From: a virus
Lineage: Duplodnaviria; Heunggongvirae; Uroviricota; Caudoviricetes
Length of the DNA stretch: 64,000 bases
IMG/VR virus record: IMGVR_UViG_3300012347_000364
Location: 158,826 to 222,825 of that record
Reading direction: 5' to 3' (one strand)
Shown here: piece after piece, positions 41,550-50,517 of the stretch
Position numbering within the stretch: the stretch's first letter is position 1
Layout: each line of letters opens with the position of its first letter
The notes under the pieces: model-generated
What the model was told of the DNA's origin: nothing
The model's database searches: none
What the model saw: only the letters and a program-made list of their open reading frames with translations
Made by a program: the position numbers and the translations under genes

Positions 41550-41996
41550 ATGTACTATGACGTAAAACAATTTCAGATTGACCTCAAACATATTGCCGAT
41601 CAAATCGTTGCGTCAGGTAAGACCTATGACTATTTGGTTGGGATAGTGCGAGGAGGGTGTATCCCTGCCGTGTATCTGTCCCACCGTTTAGGTATCCCTA
41701 TGCGAACTGTATCATGGTCCACGTTTCATAAGGAACAGATGCGTGAATGTGCAATGGATATTGCAGAGGATGTACATGATGGTAAGAAGATATTGCTGGT
41801 CGACGACATTTTAGATTCAGGACGCACACTCAAGGAACTATTTGATGACTGGGGCTGCGCTCGTGATAAAGTAGACCTTTCTGTATTAATTTACAATAAA
41901 GCCCAATCAATTGTTCCTGATTTTTATGGGACTGTGATCGATCGTGATGTGAGCCAAGACTGGGTTACGTTTTGGTGGGAAGACGACGCGCGTTGA
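41550..41996 (+). CDS. Type I phosphoribosyltransferase (Gpt-like)
   Basis: GI.RGG..PA..LSH, LLVDDILDSGRT PRPP-binding loop, WV.F.WE. Confidence 0.88.
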   Translation: MYYDVKQFQIDLKHIADQIVASGKTYDYLVGIVRGGCIPAVYLSHRLGIPMRTVSWSTFHKEQMRECAMDIAEDVHDGKKILLVDDILDSGRTLKELFDDWGCARDKVDLSVLIYNKAQSIVPDFYGTVIDRDVSQDWVTFWWEDDAR

Positions 41997-42021
41997 CATT
42001 TATAAAAGGTCATTGTACAAT
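41993..42021 (+). promoter_or_regulatory. Sigma70-type promoter
   Basis: TTGACA-17 nt-TACAAT. Confidence 0.75.
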
Positions 42022-42027
42022 TGATAC

Positions 42028-42780
42028 ATGGACCTGATATCAACTTTAGCCTCGACTGCCATCTCTGCTGCTCTTCGTATGAATGATGGCAGTTTCGAGG
42101 CTACTGGTGTGTACCACTACTCACCGCAAATATCTCAAGTAGAAGCATGTAAGCGCGCTGAAGAGAAAGCGAAGCTAGCAATTATTCATAAAGTTGCAGG
42201 GCACGAGTTTACGTCCGATAAAATTTCATCCTGCTCAGAATCGAAGCAGGACCAAAGTTGTAAGTTTTACGACACCTCTTATGAGTCTAGTAAGGGGTAT
42301 ATTAAATCCGTAATAAGTCGTAGTGAGTCGGTTAAAGATTGGACGTGTAGCGTTACCGTCAAAGCTACTGTAGGCAAAACTGACTATAACGTCGACCCAG
42401 ATTTTGATTTGGACATGATTTTTCCAATCACACTCCTGAAGACTAACGAGACCTTAAAATTTACAGTCACGCCCAATTCGCTGGGATACCTGTATGTTTA
42501 TGCATACAATCCATCAGAAAACAAACTGACCAAAATATTCCCCGCCAAATATCAGCGTCCTGTGGCGTTAGCGCGAACTCCTATTAACATCAATGCGATA
42601 GATTATAGGCTAACGCTGCCTCCAGAAAAGGACAGCGAGGAAAGATACATCTTCGCTTTTGTAGTAGGTCATTTTATGAGTCCTCTGGATAATTACCAGT
42701 TGAACTCTTTCTATGAAATGTGGGATAATATCAAGGCCAGAAAACGAATGGTCAAGCGTGGGTTTGTAATAACGAGGTAA
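42028..42780 (+). CDS. Hypothetical exported/periplasmic-type protein
   Basis: 250 aa; paired cysteines in the N-half, GYLY.Y......KIFP C-terminal domain. Confidence 0.6.
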   Translation: MDLISTLASTAISAALRMNDGSFEATGVYHYSPQISQVEACKRAEEKAKLAIIHKVAGHEFTSDKISSCSESKQDQSCKFYDTSYESSKGYIKSVISRSESVKDWTCSVTVKATVGKTDYNVDPDFDLDMIFPITLLKTNETLKFTVTPNSLGYLYVYAYNPSENKLTKIFPAKYQRPVALARTPININAIDYRLTLPPEKDSEERYIFAFVVGHFMSPLDNYQLNSFYEMWDNIKARKRMVKRGFVITR

Positions 42781-42782
42781 TT

Positions 42783-43442
42783 ATGAAAAAAGTTTTATTA
42801 TGTACAGCAGTGTTAGTTAGTCTTGTTGGTTGCTCAAGCAATCCACTAAAGCTAAGTGACAAAACACACTCCTTTGAAAGCTACAAGGAAGCCAACTTCG
42901 AATTTCCGGATTGGTACATGAACCCTCCTAAGGAGGATAGTGCGATCTATGCAGCAGCTACCGAGATCTCTTCCGATCTTCAATTCTCGATCGACAAATC
43001 GTTGCTATCAGCTCAGCGTGAAATTGCTTTCAAACTGAGTAACGATGTCAACCAGAAGTTTAAAGAGTACACAACAGAAACTAACTACTCTAAAGATGAG
43101 CAGACGAGCAAGCAACATGAACGGTTGACTATTGCGAATAGCCAAGGCGTGAACTTGGTTGGTGTTCAGCGTGTCAAGACTTCTGTAATTCGCGAAGGTA
43201 ACAAATACCGATCGTTTGTTTTAGTCCGCTACGGTCTCGATGAGTCCAATAAGATTCACATGAACTACATCGTAAAAGAGCGTCGCGCAAAAGCAAACAA
43301 AGAGCTAGATAAATTTGACGAGGAGTTGAAAGGCCGTGATAAGCCGGAAGCTTCGATCTCCAATAACCCAGTATTACAAGAACGTGTGGCTAAAGTGATG
43401 GAAAAGCCGAACGCTGTAATGATTCGTGAGACTGTAAGATGA
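42783..43442 (+). CDS. Lipoprotein
   Basis: MKK + hydrophobic stretch + LVGC lipobox; PDWY..PP motif. Confidence 0.8.
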   Translation: MKKVLLCTAVLVSLVGCSSNPLKLSDKTHSFESYKEANFEFPDWYMNPPKEDSAIYAAATEISSDLQFSIDKSLLSAQREIAFKLSNDVNQKFKEYTTETNYSKDEQTSKQHERLTIANSQGVNLVGVQRVKTSVIREGNKYRSFVLVRYGLDESNKIHMNYIVKERRAKANKELDKFDEELKGRDKPEASISNNPVLQERVAKVMEKPNAVMIRETVR

Positions 43443-43714
43443 TAACGAGTGAACAATATAACGACGTAGTAGCAGAACAACTCAAACGGTATGATGGCGT
43501 CGTTCCTAGTTTTAGAATGTATAAGCATGCGCCGAATGGTGTGTATGATTATTCTGACCACCAAACGCGTGTATTCGTATATGAAGGGTTTGGTTTTATG
43601 ATAGCCACGAGAACGTGGGTTGAAGATCCTGTTGCTAACATACAATTGCCGGTATGGATGCGAGAGCCGTGGAATGCATACCCCGATATGCCGCCAAAAC
43701 CCGCCAAGAAGTAA
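43439..43714 (+). CDS. Hypothetical protein
   Basis: ATGA-coupled to the lipoprotein gene. Confidence 0.55.
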   Translation: MITSEQYNDVVAEQLKRYDGVVPSFRMYKHAPNGVYDYSDHQTRVFVYEGFGFMIATRTWVEDPVANIQLPVWMREPWNAYPDMPPKPAKK

Positions 43715-43717
43715 GTC

Positions 43718-43750
43718 AACACAGCCCGCCTTTGTGCGGGCTGTTCCTTT
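43718..43750 (+). terminator. Probable terminator hairpin
   Basis: ACAGCCCGC/GCGGGCTGT stem, TTCCTTT tail. Confidence 0.6.
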
Positions 43751-43843
43751 GCGTGGACAACGCGTTCATGCGGTTATTTGATGTGTTGACCTTTTACTAT
43801 GTAACGCGTATAATTAGTTGATTGAACGGAGAGGAATATTATT

Positions 43844-44164
43844 ATGAAGCAATGGGATGAGTTGACTAAAGCGGAACAGTTATACAGCCACTGGTCAGAT
43901 TACCATAAAGAATTCTACGGGGTTCGTCCTCGAGGCGTGACATCGGAACAGCTAAACGATGAAAAATACTTACAGGATCAGATCAATAAAATTGATGATG
44001 AGTTTGCTTTGTTGAAGGGTACGTTTGCAGGACGTGAACACTTGCGTGAGAATGGATGGATTATTGAGGAGACGGAGCCGCACCTAATCGAAAAGGCTGC
44101 GCTGTTGGCTGTAGAGCGTGAACGGTTGTATAATGAGTGGATGGCTAAATGGGAGATTGTATAA
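43844..44164 (+). CDS. Hypothetical protein
   Basis: SDYHKEFYGVRPR motif; GAGG RBS; TTGACC..TATAAT promoter just upstream. Confidence 0.7.
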   Translation: MKQWDELTKAEQLYSHWSDYHKEFYGVRPRGVTSEQLNDEKYLQDQINKIDDEFALLKGTFAGREHLRENGWIIEETEPHLIEKAALLAVERERLYNEWMAKWEIV

Positions 44165-44430
44165 TGTGGTATGCTGTATTAAATCAAGAGCTGAATTTAA
44201 AGGATGAGTTTGAGGGCAAGCCCCACAAAGTCCAAGCCGGCTCCATTTACGCTGTTCGTAAATACGCAAACGATGTGTTAGCAAAGCCCGTCGAAGGAAT
44301 GTCCGCAAAAGCATTTGGGCCAATTGAACTGACTCGAGCTGAGGCGCGCCGAGTGTTTACCAAACCAACGATGTCTTTTTCGGACGCGATTGAACAGAGC
44401 ATCATGCAATGTGAAGCAAATTACTGTTAA
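44164..44430 (+). CDS. Hypothetical protein
   Basis: TAATG coupling with the upstream ORF. Confidence 0.55.
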   Translation: MWYAVLNQELNLKDEFEGKPHKVQAGSIYAVRKYANDVLAKPVEGMSAKAFGPIELTRAEARRVFTKPTMSFSDAIEQSIMQCEANYC

Positions 44431-44449
44431 ATTAATTTTAAAATACTCG

Positions 44450-44478
44450 TTGACTTTTAGTCTGCGTTCAAATACAAT
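44450..44478 (+). promoter_or_regulatory. Sigma70-type promoter
   Basis: TTGACT-17 nt-TACAAT with an AT-rich UP element. Confidence 0.7.
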
Positions 44479-44578
44479 AGCATCCTAGTGGTGCTATTTT
44501 TTTCATATAAGTATAGTACCGGGATAATTTTATTCTGGTGGTCCTTGACCTTTCCACCGACAATCTGAAAGGAAATAA

Positions 44579-45271
44579 ATGTCACATCCAGCGCATAAGG
44601 CTAACTCACAACTCGGCCTTGCAGTTCATCAGCACCTCGTATCTAAAGGCTTGGAGACGCCAATCACCGATAAAGTGAATCGTCTGGCAGAAGATAAGAT
44701 TGCTGAAATCGCTCCTCACTTCAAACAGATTATGGACATCCTCGGTCTAGACTTGACCGACGATTCATTGGAAGATACGCCTAACCGCGTAGCTAAGATG
44801 TATGTCAATGAAATCTTCTGGGGTTTGGATTACACTAAGTTTCCGAAGTGTACTACTATCGAAAACAAAATGGATTATGCTCACTCATTCGTTCTCGAGC
44901 GAAATGTGAATGTACAGTCAAACTGCGAACATCACTTCGTTGTGATCGACGGTATGGCAACTGTTGCATACATTCCAAAGAAGAAAGTACTAGGCCTCTC
45001 TAAACTTAACCGCATTGTTGAGTTTTTTGCGAAGCGCCCACAAGTACAAGAACGCTTGACAGAGCAAATCTGTGAAGCTATTGCATTCATTACAGAAACA
45101 GACGATGTTGCTGTTTACATCGATGCATCCCATTACTGTGTTAAGAGCCGTGGTATTCAAGATACTGGTTCATCGACCGTAACCTTATCAACTCGTGGTT
45201 TGTTTGCAGCTGCCGATTCAGAAGTGCGTCGTGAGTTCTTGAACATTGCCCGAATTGGTTCAACAAAATAA
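44579..45271 (+). CDS. folE: GTP cyclohydrolase I
   Basis: DTPNRVAKM, SNCEHH, GLSKLNR, RPQVQERLT, HYCVKSRG. Confidence 0.96.
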   Translation: MSHPAHKANSQLGLAVHQHLVSKGLETPITDKVNRLAEDKIAEIAPHFKQIMDILGLDLTDDSLEDTPNRVAKMYVNEIFWGLDYTKFPKCTTIENKMDYAHSFVLERNVNVQSNCEHHFVVIDGMATVAYIPKKKVLGLSKLNRIVEFFAKRPQVQERLTEQICEAIAFITETDDVAVYIDASHYCVKSRGIQDTGSSTVTLSTRGLFAAADSEVRREFLNIARIGSTK

Positions 45272-45359
45272 TTGTTGACTTTACGCTTCTACTGTGATAC
45301 AGTAGAGGCTCTGGTGTGTTCCAGTATTATGTTTTTTTATTTTTAATTGAGGTGATTAT

Positions 45360-45620
45360 ATGAATCAGAAGTCTAAAGTTTTGGCAATCTTGAAAGAAGG
45401 TCGTGAAGTTACTGCTAAGCAGTTGTCTGGCCAGTATGGCGTCGGTTCGCCTACTAAAGTTATTTCGATGTTGCGCCGTGAAGGTTACGCAATCTATTTG
45501 AACAAGCATGTTGATACTGTTGGTCGCGAGACTAGCAAGTACCGCTTGGGCACACCAAAGCGCTCAATGGTTGCCTTGGCAGCTCATGTGTTGGGTGCTT
45601 CTGCTTTTGCACGCGCTTAA
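45360..45620 (+). CDS. Small winged-helix DNA-binding protein
   Basis: VL..L..G...TAKQ....YG..SP...IS.LR.EGY.IY.N; YRLG.P. Confidence 0.7.
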   Translation: MNQKSKVLAILKEGREVTAKQLSGQYGVGSPTKVISMLRREGYAIYLNKHVDTVGRETSKYRLGTPKRSMVALAAHVLGASAFARA

Positions 45621-45635
45621 TCGCATAGATTAATT

Positions 45636-45675
45636 TAAGCCTACATCCTTCAATGGGTGTGGGCTTTTTTTGTTT
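45636..45675 (+). terminator. Rho-independent terminator
   Basis: AAGCCTACATCC/GGGTGTGGGCTT stem plus T run. Confidence 0.75.
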
Positions 45676-45685
45676 TGGAGTTTTT

Positions 45686-46078
45686 GTGAAAGTATACCTA
45701 GCACGCTTTGAGAAGAATGGTAAGTTCGCCTATAAGATTGGACATACCAAGTACTTCTATCCGATCAAGAGATTTACCGGTCAGGAATATCACGATCAGT
45801 ATAAGATCTTCGAAGAGATTATTATTCTCGACGACATTAATGTTCAGCACGAGAATGCTCTAATCGCTAGACAGATGGCGCAGATGGTTGAAGCATGCAT
45901 TCAAGGTGTCTTTCCTAAAAACTTTATGTTGGAGCCCTACTTTCTAACAGAAGAAAAAGCGTTTGAGGGGTTGTCTGGTATTACAGAAATGTTTATACTG
46001 GAAGAGAATCAAACACAGCAGCACGTATGCAATACGTTTGCTAGAATTAAGAAACGAGTGGAGAAGTTGAAATGGTAA
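45686..46078 (+). CDS. Hypothetical protein (possibly GIY-YIG-like)
   Basis: GGAG RBS with GTG start; KVYL...YKIGHT and terminal G.TE.F pattern. Confidence 0.5.
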   Translation: MKVYLARFEKNGKFAYKIGHTKYFYPIKRFTGQEYHDQYKIFEEIIILDDINVQHENALIARQMAQMVEACIQGVFPKNFMLEPYFLTEEKAFEGLSGITEMFILEENQTQQHVCNTFARIKKRVEKLKW

Positions 46079-46539
46079 CTGAGGAGAATAATAGTATGAC
46101 CGTAAATCTTGCACAAAATAATAGTAGCGTGTCTATCACAAAGGCACCGAAGTCTTTTATCTGGGTAACATTCCAGAAAGAAGGCATCCACAGATACCCA
46201 GCAGCAGCAACTGATCCTAAGTTGAAGACAGGTGATTGGCTCGATGTTAGCTTCTTGGGCGTACCACACCGTCACATTTTCCACTTCCGTGTAGAGATGG
46301 AAGTATTCCACGACGACCGTGATGTTGAGTTCATCCAAGCAAAGCGATGGATGGAAAGCTGGTACCAGGATGGCACGTTAGCGCTTGATTTTAAATCATG
46401 TGAGATGATGGCTAAAGAACTTTTTGCAAAATGCAATTCACAGTGGCCCGATCGCGATTATGTGATCGAAGTATCAGAAGATGGTGAGAATGGCTGCCGG
46501 ATGTACTTCCATCGCCCAGAACCAATCACAACACGCTGA
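46072..46539 (+). CDS. QueD-paralog T-fold protein (DpdL-like CDG decarboxylase)
   Basis: EG.H..P, LGVPHRHIF (LxxxHRHxF in place of QueD CxxxHGH), DRDVEFI, SCEM.A, V.EDGENG; start may be 46096. Confidence 0.7.
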   Translation: MVTEENNSMTVNLAQNNSSVSITKAPKSFIWVTFQKEGIHRYPAAATDPKLKTGDWLDVSFLGVPHRHIFHFRVEMEVFHDDRDVEFIQAKRWMESWYQDGTLALDFKSCEMMAKELFAKCNSQWPDRDYVIEVSEDGENGCRMYFHRPEPITTR

Positions 46540-46543
46540 TCAT

Positions 46544-46738
46544 ATGATTACGAAGAACAAACTCAAACATCACATCAAGCATCTCGAGGATCAGCATAGA
46601 GAGGTTGATGAGCAAATTGAGCGTGAGTATTCTCATTTCGGGCAAGATGCTGTAGTTACTAGACTGAAGAAACGAAAGCTAGAGCTGAAGGATGATATCG
46701 AATTAATGAAAAGGAAATTAAATGACGCAGTTGAATAA
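46544..46738 (+). CDS. YdcH/DUF465-like small coiled-coil protein
   Basis: L...H..VD..I.......RLKKRKL.LKD.I. Confidence 0.7.
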   Translation: MITKNKLKHHIKHLEDQHREVDEQIEREYSHFGQDAVVTRLKKRKLELKDDIELMKRKLNDAVE

Positions 46739-47606
46739 GAATGTCGGCGACTCTGTAAAGTTCTGCCACATCGCCCCTACACACTTCTTAGAGAAGTACA
46801 CTAAAGACAATGGAGCTCACCTGTTGTTGGCTCATTTGGTAGAAGAAGATCCTGCATATGCAGAATTCTATCTGAACCTTAAAGATGGTAAAGTCAAAAT
46901 CATGGACAACTCTGCTTTCGAGATGTTCAAGCAAGGTCGGCCAATGTACGACTCCAATAAGCTGATTGATATGGGTAAGCGTTGTGGAGCTGACGTTATT
47001 GTGATGTCTGACTATCCAAAAGAACCATGGCAGAAGACGCAGCAAGCTGCACAGAAGATGATCCCAGAACTGAAAGCGGCTGGGTTTGGTACATTCTATG
47101 TTCCGCAGGGTGAGTTTGGTGACTTAGAAGGCGTACTGCAATCGTTTAAGTGGGCTATTGAGAACCCAGATGTCGATTTGATCGGCGTGTCTATCCTCAC
47201 TTGCCCTATTGCGTTTGAGGTTGATGAGTCTAAGCATGGAGACGGTCAACGCCACCAAGCATACTCACTACAACGCTTCTTGTCTCGTTGGAAGATGTTT
47301 AAGGCATTAGACGATGCAGGCTTGTTGACTGTTGGCGCTTTAAAGAAGTTCCACTGCTTAGGAATGACAGACGGCCCTAATGAAGTAGAATTGTTGAGAG
47401 AGTACCACCCATACATCTACTCGTGGGATTCGTCTGCAGCTATTTGGGCTGGCTTGAATGGTATCGGTTTTGACAACTCACCATCTGGTTTGCAGTATGG
47501 TAAAGTTGAGAAAGAAGTTGACTTCAATCACAAACATGAAGTACAATCGCTACTCAAATTAGTTGAATCCAATATTAGTTATATTAACGGCTTATGTCAA
47601 AAATAA
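46722..47606 (+). CDS. TGT-fold base-exchange protein (DpdA-like)
   Basis: IMDNSAFE, MSDYP, VPQG, HCLG, SWDSS motifs parallel the TGT/DpdA catalytic segments; clustered with folE/queE. Confidence 0.65.
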   Translation: MTQLNKNVGDSVKFCHIAPTHFLEKYTKDNGAHLLLAHLVEEDPAYAEFYLNLKDGKVKIMDNSAFEMFKQGRPMYDSNKLIDMGKRCGADVIVMSDYPKEPWQKTQQAAQKMIPELKAAGFGTFYVPQGEFGDLEGVLQSFKWAIENPDVDLIGVSILTCPIAFEVDESKHGDGQRHQAYSLQRFLSRWKMFKALDDAGLLTVGALKKFHCLGMTDGPNEVELLREYHPYIYSWDSSAAIWAGLNGIGFDNSPSGLQYGKVEKEVDFNHKHEVQSLLKLVESNISYINGLCQK

Positions 47607-48157
47607 TTGCACTAACAGGTGCTAAGGGTAGCGGTAAAGATACTGTCGCTACCCTAATTAAATCAAAATTCGAAAACGTCGAGACGATTGCGTTTGCTGA
47701 TCCTATTAAGAAGGTAATTCAAAACATATTCGGCCTCGACAATCGTAACAATAAAGAGTACGACGACTTTAAACGTACTACCCTAACCTTCGATTTACCG
47801 TCTTCACGAATGGCAGCTGCTCATGGCAGACACGTCGTACGTGAGATCGGTATGTTGATGAGGTACTACGACAGTAAACAATTCACAGAGTATGTGAAAG
47901 AACAAATTGCACAACAACCGCACAAGATCTGGATCATTACAGATCTACGGTTTGATAACGAATATACCGTACTTAAACGGATGGGTGCAAAGATTGTAAA
48001 GATTAATCGGCCATCGTATCAATATGATGGCCACATTACCGAGCGTGGATTCGACGATCACTTAGTTGATCATATACTGTTGAATGATGGATCGGTAGAT
48101 TTTTTAGACGCGAGAGTGGATATTGTAATGAAGCATATTTTAGAGGAATGGAAATGA
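47594..48157 (+). CDS. Deoxynucleoside monophosphate kinase (T4 gp1-like)
   Basis: GAKGSGKDT, FADPIK, ITDLRFDNE. Confidence 0.85.
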   Translation: MSKIIALTGAKGSGKDTVATLIKSKFENVETIAFADPIKKVIQNIFGLDNRNNKEYDDFKRTTLTFDLPSSRMAAAHGRHVVREIGMLMRYYDSKQFTEYVKEQIAQQPHKIWIITDLRFDNEYTVLKRMGAKIVKINRPSYQYDGHITERGFDDHLVDHILLNDGSVDFLDARVDIVMKHILEEWK

Positions 48158-48654
48158 AGCACATTATGGGTAAGGAATCACGTTCGACACTAACGAATGT
48201 GGTAGAGGGAGATGTACAGCCTAACGCAGTTGATTTGCGTTTGGGTCAAGTATTTAAAATAAAGACAGATCTGTTCGAGGTGTCTAACGAGCATAAGAAA
48301 CATCGCGGCACAGATTATGAACTGAAGCCAGATCCAGAAGGTTATTTTAACCTACCTCAAGGTAGCTATGAGGTTGTGATGGAGAACATCATCCACGTCG
48401 GCGACAACGAAGCTGGTTGGGTCATTACTCGCTCTACGTTGAACCGTAATGGTTTGTTCCTGACTTCTGGTCTGTATGATTCTGGTTATCATGGTGTAAT
48501 GGCTGGCGTACTACACGTCAACATTGGCAATGCTCGTATCAAGCAAGGTACGCGTATTGGACAATATCTATCGTTTAATGCTGAAGCGTTGCATAAATAT
48601 GATGGTGACTATGGTATTGGTAAAACGCATGATAACAAATATGGAGTGAATTGA
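48154..48654 (+). CDS. dUTPase/dCTP deaminase superfamily protein
   Basis: QPNAVDLRL, TRSTLNRNG, YDSGYHG, RIGQ. Confidence 0.85.
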   Translation: MKHIMGKESRSTLTNVVEGDVQPNAVDLRLGQVFKIKTDLFEVSNEHKKHRGTDYELKPDPEGYFNLPQGSYEVVMENIIHVGDNEAGWVITRSTLNRNGLFLTSGLYDSGYHGVMAGVLHVNIGNARIKQGTRIGQYLSFNAEALHKYDGDYGIGKTHDNKYGVN

Positions 48655-48656
48655 TC

Positions 48657-49505
48657 ATGGAAATTAAAGTAGAAATCTCTGAGTTGCAAAAACTTAAACT
48701 GTTTGTAGCAACTCCAATGTATGGTGGTGCATGTGCTGGTATGTACACTCGCTCGATCGCTGATCTGTCAGCAATCTGTGCTAAGTACCAAATCCCACTA
48801 CAACTATACTTCTTGTTTAACGAGTCGTTGATTACACGCGCTCGTAACTATTGCGTCGATGAGTTTTTGCGCTCTGGTGCAACCCACTTGATGTTTATCG
48901 ACTCAGACATCGGTTTCAATCCTCAAGACGTCCTTGCGTTGTTGGCGATGATGACGGAAGAAAGCCCTTATGATGTTATGGGTGGACCATACCCTAAGAA
49001 GTGCATCTCTTGGGAAAAGATCAAGATGGCTGTCGACAAAGGTGTTGCAGACAAGGATCCTAACGTACTCGAGAAGTTCGTCGGCGACTATGTGTTTAAC
49101 CCTAAGGGCTCACAAAAAGAAATCCCAATCGGCGCTCCTGTCGAGGTGATGGAAATCGGTACAGGCTTCATGATGGTTCGTCGCAAGACATTCGAGGACT
49201 ATGCAAAAGCATACCCACATCAATCTTATAAGCCAGATCACGTTCGTACAGAACACTTCGATGGTACACGTGAGATCATTGCATACTTCGATTGTATCAT
49301 CGATCCAGTATCTAAGCGTTATTTGTCGGAAGACTATATGTTCTGCTACAACGTTGAGAAGATGGGTGGCCGAGTTTGGTTCTGCCCATGGATGCAATTG
49401 CAACACGTTGGTAGCTACGTCTTTGGCGGTAGCTTGGCTGACCTAGCATCGATCGGTGCATCTGCTACAGCAGACGTCGGCAAACTAAACAAATCAAAGA
49501 AGTAA
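48657..49505 (+). CDS. GT-A-fold glycosyltransferase-like protein
   Basis: ATPMYGG, SLITRARN, FIDSD (DxD), GTGFM, LSEDY.FC. Confidence 0.7.
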   Translation: MEIKVEISELQKLKLFVATPMYGGACAGMYTRSIADLSAICAKYQIPLQLYFLFNESLITRARNYCVDEFLRSGATHLMFIDSDIGFNPQDVLALLAMMTEESPYDVMGGPYPKKCISWEKIKMAVDKGVADKDPNVLEKFVGDYVFNPKGSQKEIPIGAPVEVMEIGTGFMMVRRKTFEDYAKAYPHQSYKPDHVRTEHFDGTREIIAYFDCIIDPVSKRYLSEDYMFCYNVEKMGGRVWFCPWMQLQHVGSYVFGGSLADLASIGASATADVGKLNKSKK

Positions 49506-49523
49506 ACCAGGAGAATTTATATT

Positions 49524-50189
49524 ATGAAACTTGAAGGCAGAACCCTTTCTATCCTCAAGAACTTTGCATCGATTAACCCTTCGATCATGTTCCGTCCAGG
49601 TGACGTGCTTAAAACCATGTCACCCAACAAAACAATCTTGGCTCATGCTAAGTTGAAGGAAGATGTCGAGGGTCAATTTGCGATCTACGATCTCAGCAAA
49701 TTCCTCAGTGTGCTTAGTTTGTTTGAAAAGCCAGCACTAACAGTGCAAGAACGCTTTATGACTATTAAGGATGGTAATCAGCGTGTTAACTACACGTTTG
49801 CTGATCCTAAAATGATCGTACAAGCTTCGGATAAAACTCCTAAGGTTGACAATCCTGAAATCGAATTTCAGTTAACACAAGCTACACTCGATCGCGTTCA
49901 AAAAGCGATGGGCGTGTTGAAGATGCCAGAACTTGCTATCGTCGGTAATGGATCTGAAGTGTTTGTAGAAGCTATCGATTCTAAAAACCCATCCGGCGAC
50001 AACTTCGCAGTTCAAGTCGGTACTACCTCCCATAAGTTCAAGATGATTTTCAAATCAGAAAACATCAAGGTTATTATGGGTGATTATGATGTAGCAATTT
50101 CTAGCAAGGGCATCTCTCATTTTAAAGGTGAAGATGTTGACTACTGGATCGTTGCTGAAGCTAATTCTTCTTTTGAGGCAGGAAACTAA
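49524..50189 (+). CDS. gp45: Sliding clamp gp45
   Basis: TL.ILKNFASIN.S, F.IYDL..FL, YDV.IS.KGI.HF, YWI..E. Confidence 0.93.
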   Translation: MKLEGRTLSILKNFASINPSIMFRPGDVLKTMSPNKTILAHAKLKEDVEGQFAIYDLSKFLSVLSLFEKPALTVQERFMTIKDGNQRVNYTFADPKMIVQASDKTPKVDNPEIEFQLTQATLDRVQKAMGVLKMPELAIVGNGSEVFVEAIDSKNPSGDNFAVQVGTTSHKFKMIFKSENIKVIMGDYDVAISSKGISHFKGEDVDYWIVAEANSSFEAGN

Positions 50190-50353
50190 TGAAACCAACT
50201 TCAACATTTAAGTTGAGCAAACAATCTAAGCGCTTGATGGCGACGATTGTTGATCGCCACGCACGTGGTGCTTTTAAGCGTGGAGCAATCCAAGCTGAAC
50301 TCGCAGCCGAAGCGGCACGACACGCTAAAGTTGACAAATCTCATAAAGACTGA
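50189..50353 (+). CDS. Small basic hypothetical protein (54 aa, below ORF-track cutoff)
   Basis: TAATG-coupled to gp45; MKPTSTFKLSKQSKRLMA...KSHKD*. Confidence 0.6.
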   Translation: MKPTSTFKLSKQSKRLMATIVDRHARGAFKRGAIQAELAAEAARHAKVDKSHKD

Positions 50354-50360
50354 GTATAAT

Positions 50361-50504
50361 ATGGATCGGCGAGTACAAGACGAAATCTGCGAGTTGGAAG
50401 AAGTCGTAGCCTCGCTTATTCATTATGATTATAATGCTGACGTAGTTGCAGAACTACGAATTGAAATTGAACGACTGAAGGAGTTAGATCGTCAGTCAAA
50501 TTGA
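50361..50504 (+). CDS. Small acidic hypothetical protein
   Basis: MDRRVQDEICELEE...; fills the gap before gp44. Confidence 0.4.
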   Translation: MDRRVQDEICELEEVVASLIHYDYNADVVAELRIEIERLKELDRQSN

Positions 50505-50517
50505 GGAGTTTTTTATT

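Noticed and set aside
45653-46078. Homing endonuclease or mobile element call
   Set aside because: Only a weak VY..YKIG resemblance; no intron or flanking evidence, so left as hypothetical
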